Positions 25,012-27,207 of a stretch of 27,207 nucleotides of DNA are shown here, piece by piece. The stretch covers positions 1 to 27,207 of IMG/VR virus record IMGVR_UViG_3300008261_000229. The stretch is one strand, 5' to 3'. This DNA comes from a virus (lineage: Duplodnaviria; Caudoviricetes). Under the pieces are notes generated by a model. The model made no database searches, was not told the DNA's origin, and saw nothing but the letters and a program-made list of their open reading frames with translations. How positions within the stretch are numbered: the stretch's first letter is position 1; each line of letters begins with the position of its first letter. The position numbers were made by a program, and so were the translations under genes.

Positions 25012-26646
25012 TTAAATTAAAGTTTGATAGTCGGACATATTATTAAACAACACGGTGTACGCAATCAAAAGACTGACCGTGCCGTCAATGCGCATGGTCC
25101 GAGATTGGCCTTTGATTGGTTTGATATTCCCATTCTCGTCTGTTTTGATTGCCGTGTTGGTAAGGCACCACTTGGTCAGCGGGTTATTGTTGTAGTTGAT
25201 CCGTTTTGCAGCTAGATCCGCACCGAGTTCTTTCATTGGTTGGGACAAGGTAACTACGCCTTGGCGGACCACTTGCATCTGGTACCCTCGGTCTTGCATT
25301 TCTTGGATATAGTAGGTGCTGTTCCACGGATCGTACCCGATCCAAAGCGGACGTATCCCATATTCATAATACATCTTATCGAACCAATTGGATACATCTG
25401 TATAATTAACTTTGTTCCCCTCTGAGAGAGTCACTAAGCCTTTTTCAGCCCATTTGTCGTATGGAATGTTGTCCTCTCGGACACGCACGTCAATGTTCTC
25501 GGCAGGAAGGAAATACTGCTGTAAAACGCACTTCACACCGTCAGGCCGCATGATTAGAAGCGTGGCACAGGACAAGTCGGTCGTACTGGATAAGTCCACA
25601 CCGCCAATGGCGTATGAGTCTCGAATATCGTCCATTGAGAACGTGGCAGGGTTGTTGATTTCATCAAACGTCAACCATGTGCCCGCTGTTGTCTCCCGCA
25701 CATTAAAGTCCTTTGTTAAGATCCCCGGAAGGTCTTTTGGGTTTGATTTGGCCCGTTCGACTTTCTCCGTAATGTCCTCTAACTTCTTTATTCGACCCAA
25801 ACCCGGATTTGCCTTTTCCCACGAACGAAAATCTGTCCATTCGGACCGATCATCGAGTTCGTACAGAATAGGCAGGAACCTTTCGTCCTGCAACGCACCA
25901 TCGCAAACCTTGGAAGCGTATTCGTACATGTCGTCATAGATGCACTCCCGAACGGTACCGGCGGTCGTAATCATGACCATTAGTGGTTGTCGCCGTGCCG
26001 ACATACCTTGCTTCAAGACTTCGTAAAGGTTTCGGTCTTTGACGGCGTGTAGCTCGTCGATCACTGCCAAATGTAAGTGGAGACCGTCGAGCGTGTTGGA
26101 GTCACTGGACAGCGCTGTCATGTTGGAAAAGGTCAGTGGGAAGTAAAGATCCGTCTTCCGCTTCTTTACATGGTTTTTCAGTGCATCGGACTGGCTTATC
26201 ATGTTCAGTGCTTCGGAAAAGACAATGCTTGCCTGTTCCTTCTTGGTTGCAGCAGAAACGATCTGCGCTCCACCCTCGCCGTCTGCAATCAGCATGTAGA
26301 GCATAAGCCCCGACAATAAAGAGGACTTCCCATTTTTCCGTGCCACAAGAAAAAACGTTTCTTTGTACTTGCGCATTCCTTGCTCGTTCACAAAGCCGAA
26401 TAGGGCGCTAATGAATGCCTTTTGAAATAGTTCCAATTTCATTGGCTGGCCAATCCATTCGCCTTTGCTGTGTTTACATAGCGTTTCGATGAAATCGATA
26501 GGGCGTTTTGCAGATTTCTCGCAAAATCGCCATTTGCCCGGATTCTCTATGTCGTGAATGAGTTTTTCATAGACGGTGCGGATTCGTCGGCCCACCACAA
26601 TTTTTCCGTCAATGATGTCGTTGTAATATTGCTGAATAAAGTTCAT
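25012..26646 (-). CDS. terL: terminase large subunit
   Basis: Walker A VARKNGKS, Walker B AVIDELH, ITTAG, KANPGLG, nuclease GGVDLS and RIDG. Confidence 0.96.
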   Translation of the reverse strand: MNFIQQYYNDIIDGKIVVGRRIRTVYEKLIHDIENPGKWRFCEKSAKRPIDFIETLCKHSKGEWIGQPMKLELFQKAFISALFGFVNEQGMRKYKETFFLVARKNGKSSLLSGLMLYMLIADGEGGAQIVSAATKKEQASIVFSEALNMISQSDALKNHVKKRKTDLYFPLTFSNMTALSSDSNTLDGLHLHLAVIDELHAVKDRNLYEVLKQGMSARRQPLMVMITTAGTVRECIYDDMYEYASKVCDGALQDERFLPILYELDDRSEWTDFRSWEKANPGLGRIKKLEDITEKVERAKSNPKDLPGILTKDFNVRETTAGTWLTFDEINNPATFSMDDIRDSYAIGGVDLSSTTDLSCATLLIMRPDGVKCVLQQYFLPAENIDVRVREDNIPYDKWAEKGLVTLSEGNKVNYTDVSNWFDKMYYEYGIRPLWIGYDPWNSTYYIQEMQDRGYQMQVVRQGVVTLSQPMKELGADLAAKRINYNNNPLTKWCLTNTAIKTDENGNIKPIKGQSRTMRIDGTVSLLIAYTVLFNNMSDYQTLI

Positions 26647-26650
26647 AGGA

Positions 26651-27001
26651 TCACCGCTTCAAAAATTCTAATAGTTGATCCTTTTTCTTTGCGGTGTCGT
26701 TTTGTGGCAGCATGTCCACGATCTGTTTCATCGCCGCCGCATAGTTTTTGACAAGGGTATTATAGATCCGTACCGACGGACGTTCACGATCATACTCGAT
26801 GTCTCTTGCTTGGGAGAAATTTTCAGTCGTGCCATTCACTTTGATGTCGTCTTCCAAGTCCTCCAACGTCACCTGCATAAATGCCGCTCGTCTGATAATC
26901 CCATCCGCAATTTTTAACCGATCTTCTGGTAGTTCCCGCAAAAGTTTTTTAATTCTCAAAATCTCTTTTCTGACTCTGTCATCTTTCGTTAATTCGGTCA
27001 T
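26651..27001 (-). CDS. terS: terminase small subunit
   Basis: Directly upstream of terL; RAAFMQVTLEDLE.DI...G...ERP...YN...KNY; ATG at 27001. Confidence 0.82.
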   Translation of the reverse strand: MTELTKDDRVRKEILRIKKLLRELPEDRLKIADGIIRRAAFMQVTLEDLEDDIKVNGTTENFSQARDIEYDRERPSVRIYNTLVKNYAAAMKQIVDMLPQNDTAKKKDQLLEFLKR

Positions 27002-27024
27002 ACATACCACCCTTTGCGTCAAAA

Positions 27025-27207
27025 TTAGTGTTTTGCGACTAAATCTCCGTTGCTATCGAACATTACATCGTCCCGTACCGAACTTTTGCGTGGATGATGT
27101 ACTTTACTATGACAAGAATCGCACAAAAGCTCCAAATTATCAAAGGATAATGTGATTTCTGGGTCATTTATGTTGGCTTCCGTCAAATAAATTTTGTGAT
27201 GGACATG
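27025..27207 (-). CDS. packaging-associated HNH endonuclease, 5' part outside the window
   Basis: Manual translation: HVHHKIYLTEANINDPEITLSFDNLELLCDSCHSKVHH...FDSNGDLVAKH*. Confidence 0.88.
   Translation of the reverse strand, partial: HVHHKIYLTEANINDPEITLSFDNLELLCDSCHSKVHHPRKSSVRDDVMFDSNGDLVAKH

Noticed and set aside
1989-27155. All plus-strand ORFs in the track (e.g. 21874..22464, 25412..25939, 19747..20241)
   Set aside because: They are antisense shadows of well-supported minus-strand genes, with no recognisable motifs
1-27207. Stop-codon reassignment, introns or inteins
   Set aside because: Large genes (terL, portal, capsid, PolA, thyX) are uninterrupted and of normal size in the standard code; TAA, TAG and TGA all end genes

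Overview
A 27.2-kb segment of a tailed dsDNA phage with HK97-type head and siphovirus-type tail, probably infecting a Bacillales/Paenibacillaceae-like Firmicute (inferred from strong GGAGG RBSs, XhlA-type holin, amidase endolysin and a DUF2800-DUF2815-PolA block). Every credible gene is on the minus strand. In transcription order (right to left): HNH (partial), terminase small/large, portal, prohead protease with an extra N-terminal domain, major capsid, head-tail genes, major tail, tail assembly chaperones with a GGGAAAG -1 frameshift, tape measure, distal tail/baseplate, two paralogous fibre modules, lysis cassette, then a terminator and promoter leading directly into a Cro-like HTH, DUF2800 nuclease, DUF2815 SSB, family A DNA polymerase, ThyX and an AT-rich array of small, partly duplicated genes. 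No integrase, CI-type repressor, RT, CRISPR array, tRNA or rRNA is visible. I cannot demonstrate a new biological system. The best leads are the extra domain on the prohead protease, a mini-gene array whose junctions share a GGATGCGGAATGA motif, repeat-built paralogous fibres, and two essential virion genes (head-tail adaptor, tape measure) that appear broken, which may be sequencing artefacts. All family assignments come from motif recognition and synteny, not database searches.
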